Below are positions 9,024-19,135 of a stretch of DNA of 64,000 nt, piece by piece (position 1 is the stretch's first letter; every line of letters begins with the position of its first letter). This DNA comes from Spirochaetia bacterium. Its GTDB lineage: Bacteria > Spirochaetota > Spirochaetia > SZUA-6 > Bin103. Made by a program: the position numbers and the translations under genes. The notes beneath the pieces are model-generated. The model had not been told where the DNA came from. It was given only the letters and a program-made list of their open reading frames with translations, and made no database searches. The stretch is taken from NCBI GenBank assembly GCA_965208575.1, contig CBDBOV010000006.1, forward strand, positions 576,001 to 640,000, in the 5' to 3' direction.

Positions 9024-10817
9024 TCAGTTGTACTGGTCGTAGAGCTGCTCGTCGATCCAGAGCCGAGCGAAGATCACCGGCCCCCAATCCATGAAGCCGA
9101 GGCGCAGCTCGCCGTTGTAGCCGACGATCCACGGCTGCATGACGAAATACTGCGGAACGCGCGGCGACCACAGGTACCAGTGCAGCTCGGTAAGGCGCAG
9201 GTCCGCTTCTTTCGCCAACCGGGTGTATTCGGCCTGGTCGGTCGTCTCCGCGGCGGCGTCGATCAGTGCGCTCAGCTCCGGGTCGTCCCCCTTGGGAATG
9301 TTCCAGGCCGCGCCCGGGTAGCCGACGGCGCGGAGCGTGACCGCCGGGTCGCCGGTAGTGCCGCCGGACTCGCGGCTGGTCATCCCCTCCGCCGCGCCGC
9401 TCTGCGCGAACGCGACGTAGGTCGCGCCATCCATGGGATTGATCTCGACGTTGACGCCGATGTCGCGCCAGTAGGCGGCCTGCAGCTCGAAGAAGCCGAG
9501 GTCGCGGCCCTCCCACACGTCGAAGGGGACCGTCAAGCGGGTGCCGTCGGCGCCGCGTGGATAGCCGGCCTCGTCCAGCAGTCGCTCGGCGCCCGCCGGG
9601 TCGTAGCTGTAGTAGCCCTGCAGCTCGGCCGGCCACTCCTCGAACGGGGTGTGGTAGACACCGGAGTAGAGGCCGATCATTCCCTCCGGCTTCCACTCCG
9701 CGCGCCCCTTGAAGTAGTCGTCGTTCATGGTCTCGAGGTCGAGGGCCATCTGCATCGCGCGGCGCACCCGGATGTCGCTGAACGGCTCCTTGGTGACGGC
9801 GAAGCCGGCGACCGTCTCGGCGCGGAACAGGCGCGTGTGATACTGCAGCTCGGGATTGCTGGCCTGCAGGCTGTCGATGTCGTCGATCGAGCTGATCTGC
9901 GTGGTGCCCACATTGCCTAGGAAGTCGATCTGGCGCGTGCGCACCGCCGCCAAGTGAGCGGCCGGCTCCAACATCCGCACCGCCTGGACGCTGTCGAGGT
10001 AGGGCAGTCGGTTCTCGGGGAACTTCTCGTCGAAACCCCAGTAATCGTCGACCCGTTCCCAGGTCATGGTGCTGTCCTCCACCCAGTCGACCAGCTGGAA
10101 CGGCCCGGTGCCGACGTTGTTGCGATAGTCCTACACGTCACCGTGTTGCTGGACGACCTCGGGGGCGATGATCGAGGTGTTGCGTAGCGTTTGAATGAGC
10201 TCGAGCAGCGGCTCGCGCACCGGGCGGGTGAACTTGAACTCCACCCTCCGGTCGTCGAGGGCGGTTACCGGGCCGAACTGTCCGGCCGTGGCCTGGGCCG
10301 GCGATGGCTCGGTAAAGCCGCTGCCGTTGCCGAGAATCCGGTGGTAGGTGAACTCGACGTCCCTGGCGGTCAGCTTGCGGCCGTTGACCGGCGCCTTGTC
10401 GTGCCAGAACACGTCGTCGCGCAGCGTGAAGACCATGGTCAGCTCGTCGGGCATCTCCCAGCTCTCGGCCAGCCAACCCTTGTAGGCCGACAATGGCACC
10501 ACGTCGCTGCGGTAGTTGGTGACGCTGCGGTCGAGCGCCCAGTCGCCGATGGCGAGCTTCTCGTTGACGCCGCTCATCGCCGGGTTGGCGTGGTGGGTGA
10601 ACCACGGGTCCGAGCTCGGTGGGAAATCCCTCGCTGCATAGCTGATCGACCCGCCGTAGCGCGGCGCCAGGACCATCTCACCGGTCGCGGGGTCGCGCAC
10701 CATCTGGCGCTCTTCGGTCGCGGCTGCCGACTCCTCTTCCCCACCGGCCCACAGGCCGGTTGCGGTCAGAACCAGGACCACCGCAATCGCGAAGGTCCTT
10801 GAGAACAGTATCTTCAT
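9024..10817 (-). pseudogene. Family-5 ABC substrate-binding protein interrupted by one in-frame TAG
   Basis: ORFs 10131-11018 and 9024-10082 share a frame; TAG at 10131-10133 corresponds to CAG (Gln) at 1051-1053 in the paralog. Confidence 0.85.
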
Positions 10818-11036
10818 CGTTCCTTCCTTGAATGTTATTTCGAGAGTATTGCGTAGCGGATTGCCGCCTCCCTGGCTGCTCTCGGGCCCGCAACGCGGAC
10901 GGCCAGTCTGAGTCAGATGGGTGACGCGCGCGACGTATGACTCACCGGGTGTACCCCGGCTCACGCCGCGCGCCCGCGTGGTTCTTTCAGTACCATCTTC
11001 ACCTGCTTCTTGGGGCACAGGCGACGCAAGCTTGCT

Positions 11037-11813
11037 ATGGACGCGACCACCCCGTCAACGACTCGGAGGCGACCGACACCCTGGCCGCCAGCAGGTCAAC
11101 GGTTTCGCCCCTACGAGCCGATGTTCTTCATCTCCGGCGACACCCTGTGGGAGTCGGACGAGGAGCCGCGCTACTACCTGCGCGCCCTGGAGCTGATCCG
11201 CGCGGGGTGCCCGGACGCACTGATCTCCATGCACCTGACCCCGCAAGCCGACTTGTCGGATCAGTTCGCGGATGCGGTCGACTTCTACACCAAGGCGGAG
11301 CCGTCCGACTTCCGCCTTGGCGAACTGGACGTGCGCAGCGTGTTCCTCAGCGTGGACGCCATGGACCTGGGAAACGCGCGCGGCGCTGCGCAGGCGCCGG
11401 TGCGCTGGTGGCCGTCGGTGCGCTGCCACAACGCCCAGGACGGCAAGCTGATCCAGCGCTGGCAGGCCAACTTCAGCGGCTCCAAGGGCACCAAGGACGG
11501 CCCGTTCACGGACCTGGAGGACGGCTACCAGGAACTGGGCTTCAACCGCTCGCCCACCAAGTACCAGTGGCACTACCTGCGCTTCACCTTCGACACCGCC
11601 CGCCACGAGTACGTCGACCTGCACTGCCACGGCCAGGAGTTCGACGTCGCCGGGCGCCGGCACGTGTTCGACCCGCCGCTGACCGGCTTTCGCGCTTCCA
11701 CCGACCGTTGCGCCGGCCTGCTGAACTTCGGCATCGGCATCGCAACCAACAGCGACAAGCGCTGCTTCCTCTACCTCGACTCCATCGTCGTGTCGGTGGA
11801 GCCCGCGGGGTAG
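11037..11813 (+). CDS. Hypothetical protein with a DUF6772-like C-terminal part; N-terminus possibly derived from another gene
   Basis: Good codon bias; [17 protein letters not shown]...[13 protein letters not shown]...LYLDSIVVS recognised as DUF6772-like from memory. Confidence 0.5.
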   Translation: MDATTPSTTRRRPTPWPPAGQRFRPYEPMFFISGDTLWESDEEPRYYLRALELIRAGCPDALISMHLTPQADLSDQFADAVDFYTKAEPSDFRLGELDVRSVFLSVDAMDLGNARGAAQAPVRWWPSVRCHNAQDGKLIQRWQANFSGSKGTKDGPFTDLEDGYQELGFNRSPTKYQWHYLRFTFDTARHEYVDLHCHGQEFDVAGRRHVFDPPLTGFRASTDRCAGLLNFGIGIATNSDKRCFLYLDSIVVSVEPAG

Positions 11814-11959
11814 ACCGGGACGCCATGGAGCATCGGCGTACGCCTGGGACTGCACTCGGTCTCAAACGGTCGTAGCGTGTCCGGTCCGACTTGCTGCGCT
11901 ATGGATTCCGGGCGGACTCGCCCAGTGCCAATCGGGCTGGTGGACCGTGCCGGGCAGGA

Positions 11960-12170
11960 AGTTGGCCGCGCACGCCGGAACTGCCGGTAGCTCTCGCTCG
12001 ACCCGTAGCGCTCGATCCACGGATGCTCGTCCAGCGGCACGCCCCCGGCGGTGGCCTGGCCGCCGATCCAGCCGGTCTCCTCCGTCAGCACCACCCGCCG
12101 CCCGGCACGCGCAGCCGCCAGCGCCGCCGACACTCCGCCGAAGCTGGCCCCGACGATCAGGATCTCATGC
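11960..12170 (-). pseudogene. FAD-dependent oxidoreductase N-terminal fragment
   Basis: [38 protein letters not shown]; truncated, no in-frame start. Confidence 0.7.
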
Positions 12171-12277
12171 CACGATCAATACCATCGAAGTTGCCATCTG
12201 TACAAGCCGCGGTCACCCAAGGCGACGGTTCGCGGTGTTGCCGACGATGGTACGATGCGGCGCAGGGAGGTGTCCGC

Positions 12278-13573
12278 ATGCCCAACCTGGTGTTCATCAT
12301 GTCCGACCAGGCGCGCAAGGACGTGGTGTTTCACGACAAGTACCCGTTCGTGCGCACCCCGAACATCGACGCGCTGCGCGCCGAGGCGGTGTCGTTTCAC
12401 CACTGCTTCGCCAACTACCCGGTGTGCGTACCGTCGCGCGCCTCGGTGATCACCGGCCGCTATCCGCACCAGATCGGCGTGCTGCACAATAGCCACCGCC
12501 TGCCGGCCGGCGAGCGCGACCTCGGCCACCACCTGTCAGCGCACGGCTACGACTGCGTGTCGTTCGGCAAGACCCACAACACCAACCACGGGTTCCGCTC
12601 GGTCACCTACGACAAGGACGCCACCATGGGGTTCGAGAACCACGGCTACCTCGAGGACGCCGGCCTGATCACAGGCGTGTTCGACGGGCCGACTGACGAT
12701 TACTGCGACTTCGTGGCCTGCCGGCAGTTCGACGACTACCTGCGCACCCGCGCCGGCGGCGGGCCGTTCGCGGCGTTCGTGGGCATCTATGCGCCGCACC
12801 CGCCGCTGTACCCGCCGCGCGAGTACGCCGGCCTCTACCCCGCCGACGAAATCGTGCTGCCGCCGCGGCCGAGCGCGCCGGACAACGCCGCCCGGCCCGC
12901 GATCCAGGCGGCGCCGCGGCGGCGCTGGAACGCCTACCCCGACGCGACCCGGCGCGAGGTGATCGCGACCTACTTGGCGCTGATCACCCTCCTCGACGAT
13001 TGCGTGGGACGCATCCTGGCCTCGCTGCGCGCCGCCGGCACGCTCGACGACACCGTGGTAGTGCTGGTTTCCGATCACGGCGACCAGCTCGGCGAGCACG
13101 GCATGGCGGGCAAGATGGGCAACCTCTACGAGGGGTCGATCCGGGTGCCGCTGGTGATCCGCCTGCCGGGCGCGGCGCACGCCGGCGCGGAGCGCGCGCA
13201 GTTGGCGGAGATGGTGGACCTGTTGCCGACCATCTGCGACCTCCTGGGGGAGCCCTGCCCCGGCGGCAGGCAGGCCCCGGCGGGCCGCAGCTTGGCGCCG
13301 GTGATCGCCGACCCGCGAACCGAGCACCGCCGCGTGGTGCACGCGATGCTGTGCGAAGGCCAGATGGCCCGCAGCCGCGACCTGAAGCTCAACTTCTACC
13401 CCGACGACCGGTGCGAACTCTACGACCTCGCCGCCGACCCCGGCGAAACCGTCAACCGCTACGACGACCCCGCCTACCGCGACCGCCGGCAGGAACTGCT
13501 GGAAGAGATCACCCGCTTCCTGATCCGCCACCCGCGCACCCCCGACCGCGCCGCCAACCCATTCTTCGGCTGA
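12278..13573 (+). CDS. Sulfatase (formylglycine-dependent, choline-sulfatase-like)
   Basis: PNLVFIMSDQ, CVPSRAS (CxPxR), SDHGDQLGEHG, ELYDLAADPGE; GGGAGG RBS. Confidence 0.92.
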   Translation: MPNLVFIMSDQARKDVVFHDKYPFVRTPNIDALRAEAVSFHHCFANYPVCVPSRASVITGRYPHQIGVLHNSHRLPAGERDLGHHLSAHGYDCVSFGKTHNTNHGFRSVTYDKDATMGFENHGYLEDAGLITGVFDGPTDDYCDFVACRQFDDYLRTRAGGGPFAAFVGIYAPHPPLYPPREYAGLYPADEIVLPPRPSAPDNAARPAIQAAPRRRWNAYPDATRREVIATYLALITLLDDCVGRILASLRAAGTLDDTVVVLVSDHGDQLGEHGMAGKMGNLYEGSIRVPLVIRLPGAAHAGAERAQLAEMVDLLPTICDLLGEPCPGGRQAPAGRSLAPVIADPRTEHRRVVHAMLCEGQMARSRDLKLNFYPDDRCELYDLAADPGETVNRYDDPAYRDRRQELLEEITRFLIRHPRTPDRAANPFFG

Positions 13574-13669
13574 ACCGCCGGGTGGTCGCAAAGGGTGCGG
13601 AAGTCGCCCCAGTAGTAGTCAGAGGTCTTGCCGACGATTTCGCCCACGCCGTAGCTGACGTTGCCGCGC

Positions 13670-14190
13670 AGCGGCCGGTGGTGGCCCTGCACCAGCGAAC
13701 GGTTGTGCAGCACCACCTCGGTGATGCGCCCACGATCGGTGGCCGCGCCCACCACGTCGGTGCACAATTAGCAGTTCCTCGCCGGCGGCACGCGCCAGCC
13801 GCTGCAGCACCAGCGGCAGGAGCGTGTGGTCGTTGGCGTGATTCTCCCGCTCGAGGGCGGCCCTCCGCCTTACCTGCCAGCCGGCCCGCTCGCCGATGGC
13901 ACCCGCCGATGCCATCTCCTCCAGCACGTCGTCGAACGCGCGGCCGTTGCCGATGGGAGCGCCGAAACCGTAGCAGAAGTTGCCCACGCCGCCGGCGGTG
14001 CCCATGCCGCCAAGCTGCGCCTGACGCTCGACCAGCAGCGTCCTCAGCCCGGCGCGCCCGGCGGCGCAGGCGGCGCCGAACCCCGCCATGCCGCCGCCGG
14101 CCACCACCAGGTCGAACTCTCCCACCACCGGCACCTCGCGCCGGAATCGGTTCGTCTGCCCTCCCCCGGCCCGGCCGCGCCCCGGAACCC
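13670..14190 (-). pseudogene. FAD-dependent oxidoreductase fragment, frameshifted and truncated
   Basis: [41 protein letters not shown]; frameshift near 13770. Confidence 0.7.
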
Positions 14191-14344
14191 ATCATCCGCC
14201 GCCGCCGTTGCCGTGCAGCCCGTCGTAGGGGACGCGCAGCACCTTGACGGAACGGGAGCCGGTGAGGAAGCGGGTACCTGCGGCCACCGGCGTCACGAAG
14301 TAGGGTGACCAGCGAGGCGGTGTCGTTCCGGCGACGACATCGCG

Positions 14345-14668
14345 CTGCCGGCGGCAGGCAGGCACCGGCGGGCGGCAGCTTGGCGCTGGTGATCGCCGAC
14401 CCGCAGGCCGAGCACCGCCGCATCGCGCACAAGATGCTGCGGGAAGGCCAGATGGCCCGCAGCCGCGACCTGAAGCTCAATTTCTACGCCGACGACCGGT
14501 GCAAACTCCACGACCTGGCCGCCGACCCCGGCGAGACGGTCAACCGCTACGACGACCTCGCCTACCGCGACCGCCGGCAGGAACTGTTGGAAGATATCAC
14601 CCGCTTCCTGATCCGCCACCTGCGCATCCCCGACCGCGGCGACACCGTTCTTCGGCTGAACCGCCGGG
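14345..14668 (+). repeat. Degenerate direct duplicate of the sulfatase 3' end (13255-13582)
   Basis: Near-identical DNA encoding EGQMARSRDLKLNFY...RQELLEDITRFL, through the stop region. Confidence 0.85.
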
Positions 14669-14902
14669 CGATTGCGAGAGGCGTGGGCCGTTCGCCGCGC
14701 CTCGGCCGAATTGAATGCGGGGAACCGCCGCCGGCGCCCACTGCACCGAGGCGGACGGACGCCCCGAATCGTTCGTGCCATGCGCCGGGCCGCGGCCACC
14801 ACACCGTTCATGCGCTCACCAAGTCACCAAAGAAGGAAGAGTGGCTGTTTGATCTGGCCAGCATGTCGCGCATCCTTCGCTCCGAGTGTGAGCGGACTCA
14901 TC

Positions 14903-15796
14903 TCAACGACGAATGTCGAGTTCGCGCACAGGTACGAACGCCACGCCAGTTTCCGCTACTTGCCTGACTTTCAGTCGGATGACTTCAGCCAGATCCAGCC
15001 GACCGGATAAGACCTCATAAAGATCGAGTCCATCCATGCAAACGACACTCTTGCCGCGTCCAAACGCGTGTAGTCCCTCCGATGTGAATCCGCTCTGGCT
15101 GATGATCAGGCCGCGGGACCAGCTCGCCTTATCCTCAACCTTGGCGTTGAAGGCACGAAGTGTCTCCGCGTCGACCTTCGCATTCCTCCATCTGGCCTCA
15201 AGCAAATAGGTCTGTTCGCCGAGCATGAAACTGCCGTCGATCTGTTCGCCGGTGAGACGGAAGGAGGCGCGGGCTGACACCCCATAGGCGTCGAACGCGT
15301 CCTTCAGGAACTTCTCGAAAGCGTAGCCACGCGCTTGCGGGTCCATGTTGGAGACTTCGACCAACCGAGTGGCGAGCGCAGACGATGCGGCCGTATCGAC
15401 ACGCTGTTCCTGATCCACACCGTCGGACATGGTGGGCTTTGACGGCTTGCCTTCAATCCGCTTGACGATTTGAAAGTAGGCCACGCGCACCGAGTCATCG
15501 AGTGCCGGATAGCCGGCGGTGATGCTACTCGCCTCGCGGTATTCCCACAGGGCATTCAGCGTGGCGAGTGCTGTCTTGCGGTCTGCTTGGCGCAGGTAGT
15601 AGCGAAGGCGCTTCGCCTTGCTGCCGCCCTGAGCCGCCCAACGAGGATTGTCGATGTCCACGTCGAGTTCGTCATGAAAGAACCCTGCGAAGGTCCGATT
15701 TGAGAAATCGAGCACATAGCCGCTTTCCATCCCGAATACCCTGTCGATGATCGGCATGTCCATGGAGCGAATCATGACACTTGACGATGCGGTCAC
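14903..15796 (-). CDS. Restriction endonuclease (Mrr-like PD-(D/E)XK) with an AbiJ-like N-terminal domain
   Basis: GYVLDFSNRTF..FF...SKAKRLR; C-terminal RGYAFEKFL..QIDGSF..YLLEARW..GLIISQSGFT; starts 3 nt after the upstream stop. Confidence 0.8.
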   Translation of the reverse strand: MTASSSVMIRSMDMPIIDRVFGMESGYVLDFSNRTFAGFFHDELDVDIDNPRWAAQGGSKAKRLRYYLRQADRKTALATLNALWEYREASSITAGYPALDDSVRVAYFQIVKRIEGKPSKPTMSDGVDQEQRVDTAASSALATRLVEVSNMDPQARGYAFEKFLKDAFDAYGVSARASFRLTGEQIDGSFMLGEQTYLLEARWRNAKVDAETLRAFNAKVEDKASWSRGLIISQSGFTSEGLHAFGRGKSVVCMDGLDLYEVLSGRLDLAEVIRLKVRQVAETGVAFVPVRELDIRR

Positions 15797-15799
15797 AAC

Positions 15800-16657
15800 T
15801 CACCTCAAGCCTATCGCTGCGAGCCAAGCGTTCACCTGCCCGAAGGCGTCCTGCTGCCACTGATCGGCGGTGCGCTCTCCGAGCAGTTCGGGCCGGTCGA
15901 CGAATTGCCGTACGCCGGTCGGCCCGAAATCCTCCAGAGTGCGGAATTTCTCCGAAATGCGAAGATAGCCCGTCCTCGCCGTGTCGCAGTCGAGGAGCTG
16001 CCAGGTTTCCGCGGCCAGGGCATCGACGCCTCCCGGATAGTTCCAGATGCTGTAGTAGATATCGTAGGCATCCTTTTGCTTGAGCCGATTCGTGATGGCA
16101 AAACCCTTCATGGCAAGTAGTGCGGGAATGGACGCGACGGCGATCTGAACGCGATTACCGCCGCCATCGGGCATTTCGCCGTCGATGGCGACGAGTTGAT
16201 AGAACCTCAGGGCAAGGTCGGCGCCGTCGGCGCGCTGCACGGCGAAATTGGCCAAGAGCGGGCGCGCGTTCCTTGCGATCGTGGCGTCGCGCGGCATCAG
16301 GAAGTCGACGAGGACATCGATGTCGGCGCCGTCGTCCTGAGCGGGAACCGTGCGCACAAGCTGAAAGCGGCGCAGATTTCCGCGCTGGTGGTAGCCCTGC
16401 CTCATGAGTGACTCGACAAGCTGAGCGTATTCGCCACTCTTCAACGCTTCCGCATCCAGACTCAGATCTACGTCGACGGTTCCCACGTGGGGCATATCTG
16501 CCTCGCCGAGCAGCAGCCAGGGAACGGCGCCACCAATCACGGCGAATTTGCCCCTGTAGCTACCGAGAATCTGTCCGATCTCGACCAGCACCGACCTGAC
16601 GGCGGCCGTGGTGCGATCGTCGTAGTCGGAGGCGTACCGCGGCTCTACTTGAGCCAT
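15800..16657 (-). CDS. Nucleotidyltransferase, AbiEii/type IV toxin-like
   Basis: VIGGAVP..HVGTVDVDL (GG..DxD Pol-beta-type motif), LAMKGFA..R.KQKDAYDIY. Confidence 0.75.
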   Translation of the reverse strand: MAQVEPRYASDYDDRTTAAVRSVLVEIGQILGSYRGKFAVIGGAVPWLLLGEADMPHVGTVDVDLSLDAEALKSGEYAQLVESLMRQGYHQRGNLRRFQLVRTVPAQDDGADIDVLVDFLMPRDATIARNARPLLANFAVQRADGADLALRFYQLVAIDGEMPDGGGNRVQIAVASIPALLAMKGFAITNRLKQKDAYDIYYSIWNYPGGVDALAAETWQLLDCDTARTGYLRISEKFRTLEDFGPTGVRQFVDRPELLGERTADQWQQDAFGQVNAWLAAIGLR

Positions 16658-17754
16658 GGGAGGAACTCGCCTGCCAAGTGTGCCGCAGCCTCACGTTCGC
16701 GGTCGTTGCCGCTCCAGAGGTCGAGATAAGTCACGATTGGGCTGGTACAGTATACATTCGGTGCCGGTTCGCTTGCGTCGTCGAACAGGCTCTCATCTGT
16801 TGGGACGTGCAGGACCACGTTCGCTCCCGTTGCGGCGGGCGTCAGCTTCAACTCCTCCTTCAGCAACTGGGCGCCGGGCCCGTCGACATAGAACGTTTGG
16901 GTGCCGCTCCGGCTGAAGGGTGCAAGCCACTGCGCCGCGGAGTGCAGCGAGTAGATCGCACGGGGACGCTCGGGGCCAGCATTGAGCGTTCCGCGAAGCC
17001 GCTCATCAAGGTGCCCACCATGGAGATGGGTGTATCCGGTGATTGTCTGGCCGGGCGGGCGGCGATAGTTCTCACGCCACGTCTGCAGCAGGGCCTTCGG
17101 CTGGATCAGAACGGCACCGTCATCCCCGACCTCAAGCCACTCCCGTTCCAACAGGGCCCTGCGGACATTGCTCACGTGGCCGTAGCTCGCATTGGCCCGT
17201 GCGGCCAGTTCGGCAACGCGCCAAGCCCGATCCGGGTCGCGCAGCAGGACGCGCAAGATGGCTGCCGCCTTCGGGGTAAAGATGGAACGTAGCGCACGGG
17301 TCTCCGAGGGGGGCTTGTCTGCGACAACACGCTCGATGTAGACGGCGTCGAATGCAAGCCGCACGTTCCCGACAAGATCGAGATAGCCCACATCGTGGGC
17401 CGTGCAGATGGCACGCGACTCCGGAGACAGGTAGGGGCTGACAAGCATGGGAATCAGGCGCCGGGCGCCGTTCGCTGCACCGGATTGGCGCACTCGCGCC
17501 ACGTAGCTCTCGAGCTGATAGACCCCCGATCGGACAGAGCGGGGGTCTCCGTTCGACTTCACCTCGACGACGAGCACACAGTTTCCGCCGGGGTAATGAA
17601 AACCGATCATTCCATCGATACCATAGGCAGCGCCGACCTTGCGTTCATACTCGACCGCCTCAGTCTCCATACACGGCAGGTAGTCAAGCAGGTCGCGTAC
17701 CGCAGCCATGGCACGAGTCTCCAGGTCTTTCACTGAACCATGGTATTTCATCAT
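16645..17754 (-). CDS. AbiEi-type (type IV TA) antitoxin / transcriptional regulator
   Basis: N-terminal PD-(D/E)XK-like VVEVKS, PYLSPESRAIC..GYLDL.GN, central wHTH WRVAELA..SYGHVSNV, C-terminal SPIVTYLDL..REREAA. Confidence 0.75.
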   Translation of the reverse strand: MMKYHGSVKDLETRAMAAVRDLLDYLPCMETEAVEYERKVGAAYGIDGMIGFHYPGGNCVLVVEVKSNGDPRSVRSGVYQLESYVARVRQSGAANGARRLIPMLVSPYLSPESRAICTAHDVGYLDLVGNVRLAFDAVYIERVVADKPPSETRALRSIFTPKAAAILRVLLRDPDRAWRVAELAARANASYGHVSNVRRALLEREWLEVGDDGAVLIQPKALLQTWRENYRRPPGQTITGYTHLHGGHLDERLRGTLNAGPERPRAIYSLHSAAQWLAPFSRSGTQTFYVDGPGAQLLKEELKLTPAATGANVVLHVPTDESLFDDASEPAPNVYCTSPIVTYLDLWSGNDREREAAAHLAGEFLPWLK

Positions 17755-17974
17755 ACGATGAAAATAGCCTTAACAGTGAAATCAGGCAAGCTGGCCATCG
17801 GTCCGGCGGTGCCTCCATACCGTGCCGGTCAGAGGGCGTAGTAGCACGCAGAGTCCGCTCTCATACCGCTCTTATCCGCTGCAGCTTGCGGAACGTGACG
17901 GCGGAGGTATACTGCCCGCTAAGAATCGGGAGCGACGCGGCAGGATCGTCGCCTCCGAAGTCAAGGAGGACTGT

Positions 17975-19057
17975 ATGCATACAGCCAAACTGATGGCGAT
18001 CGCCGCCATGACGGCAATCCTGGGCGCCGGCTACCTGGCCGCACAGGAAGACGCCACCAAACCCGCCGGCTACGGCCACCGCCTGGAGCTGGTACGCGAG
18101 CGCGGCAAGCTGCTGTGCGCCGACAACACCGAGTTGGCGGCGTGGAGCTGGATCGACGAGGACGGCAAGAACCGCGGCTTCGGGCCCGACTACTGCCGCG
18201 CCTACGCGGCGGCGGTGTTCGGCGACGCCACCGACGACAACTGGGAGATCGTCAACATCACCTTTGCCGAGCGTCCCACCGTGATGCAGTCGGGCGAGAT
18301 CGACGTGATGACCATCGCCAACACCTGGACCGCGCACCGCGAGGTGCACTGGGGCAACTTCGTCGACATCGTGCACTATGCCGGTCTGGGCGTGATCAGC
18401 ACCAAGGACAGCGGCATCGTCGCCAACGACTGGCAGAGCCTGGACGGCATGACCGGCTGCACCGGCGCCGGCACCAACTACGTGCAGATGGCGGCCGACA
18501 TGGAGGCGGAGTACGGCGTGCAGTTCGAACTGGCGCTGTACGAGATCGGCGGCGTGCGCGATGCCTACGACGCCGGGCGCTGCGACTTCGTGCTCACCGG
18601 CAGCGACGGCACCGGCTCCTTCGTGCGCCAGTTGACCCGCTCCACCCCGGACGACCACAACATCTGGACCAGCGTGTTCGGCAAGGATCCGTGGGCGATG
18701 CTGGTGCCGCACGGCGACGACCAGTGGTTCGACCTGGTCCGGATGGTGGGCTGGATCCTGGTGAACGCCGAGGAGCTGGGCGTGACCCAGGACAACGTCG
18801 AGGAGATGTACGCCAACTCCGCGAGCGTCAAGGTGCAGCGCCTGCTCGGCGCGGAGGGCACCTGGGGCCAGGACCGGCTGCAGATCGCGGACGACGTTGC
18901 CGTGAACATCATCAAGGAAGTGGGCAACTACGGCGAGATCATCCACCGCTACTACAGCGTCGAGGCGGAGGAGAAGGGCTGGGGATTCTACCGCGAACGC
19001 GGACCCGACAACCTGTACCTGCGCGGCGGCCTGATCTACGTGCCGGAAAACACCTGA
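17975..19057 (+). CDS. aapJ: General L-amino acid ABC substrate-binding protein (AapJ/BztA-like)
   Basis: AGGAGG RBS; VRERGKL.C, DYCRA.AAAVFGD, GDDQWFD.V, VGNYGEI. Confidence 0.88.
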   Translation: MHTAKLMAIAAMTAILGAGYLAAQEDATKPAGYGHRLELVRERGKLLCADNTELAAWSWIDEDGKNRGFGPDYCRAYAAAVFGDATDDNWEIVNITFAERPTVMQSGEIDVMTIANTWTAHREVHWGNFVDIVHYAGLGVISTKDSGIVANDWQSLDGMTGCTGAGTNYVQMAADMEAEYGVQFELALYEIGGVRDAYDAGRCDFVLTGSDGTGSFVRQLTRSTPDDHNIWTSVFGKDPWAMLVPHGDDQWFDLVRMVGWILVNAEELGVTQDNVEEMYANSASVKVQRLLGAEGTWGQDRLQIADDVAVNIIKEVGNYGEIIHRYYSVEAEEKGWGFYRERGPDNLYLRGGLIYVPENT

Positions 19058-19080
19058 TCGACCGCTTGAAGCTACGACCT

Positions 19081-19119
19081 GGAGCCGGGCTGCCTGGTGC
19101 GGCCCGGCTCCTTTGTTCT
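19081..19119 (+). terminator. Intrinsic terminator-like hairpin after aapJ
   Basis: GGAGCCGGGC...GCCCGGCTCC followed by TTTGTTCT. Confidence 0.65.
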
Positions 19120-19135
19120 ACGCCGCCGTAACGCC

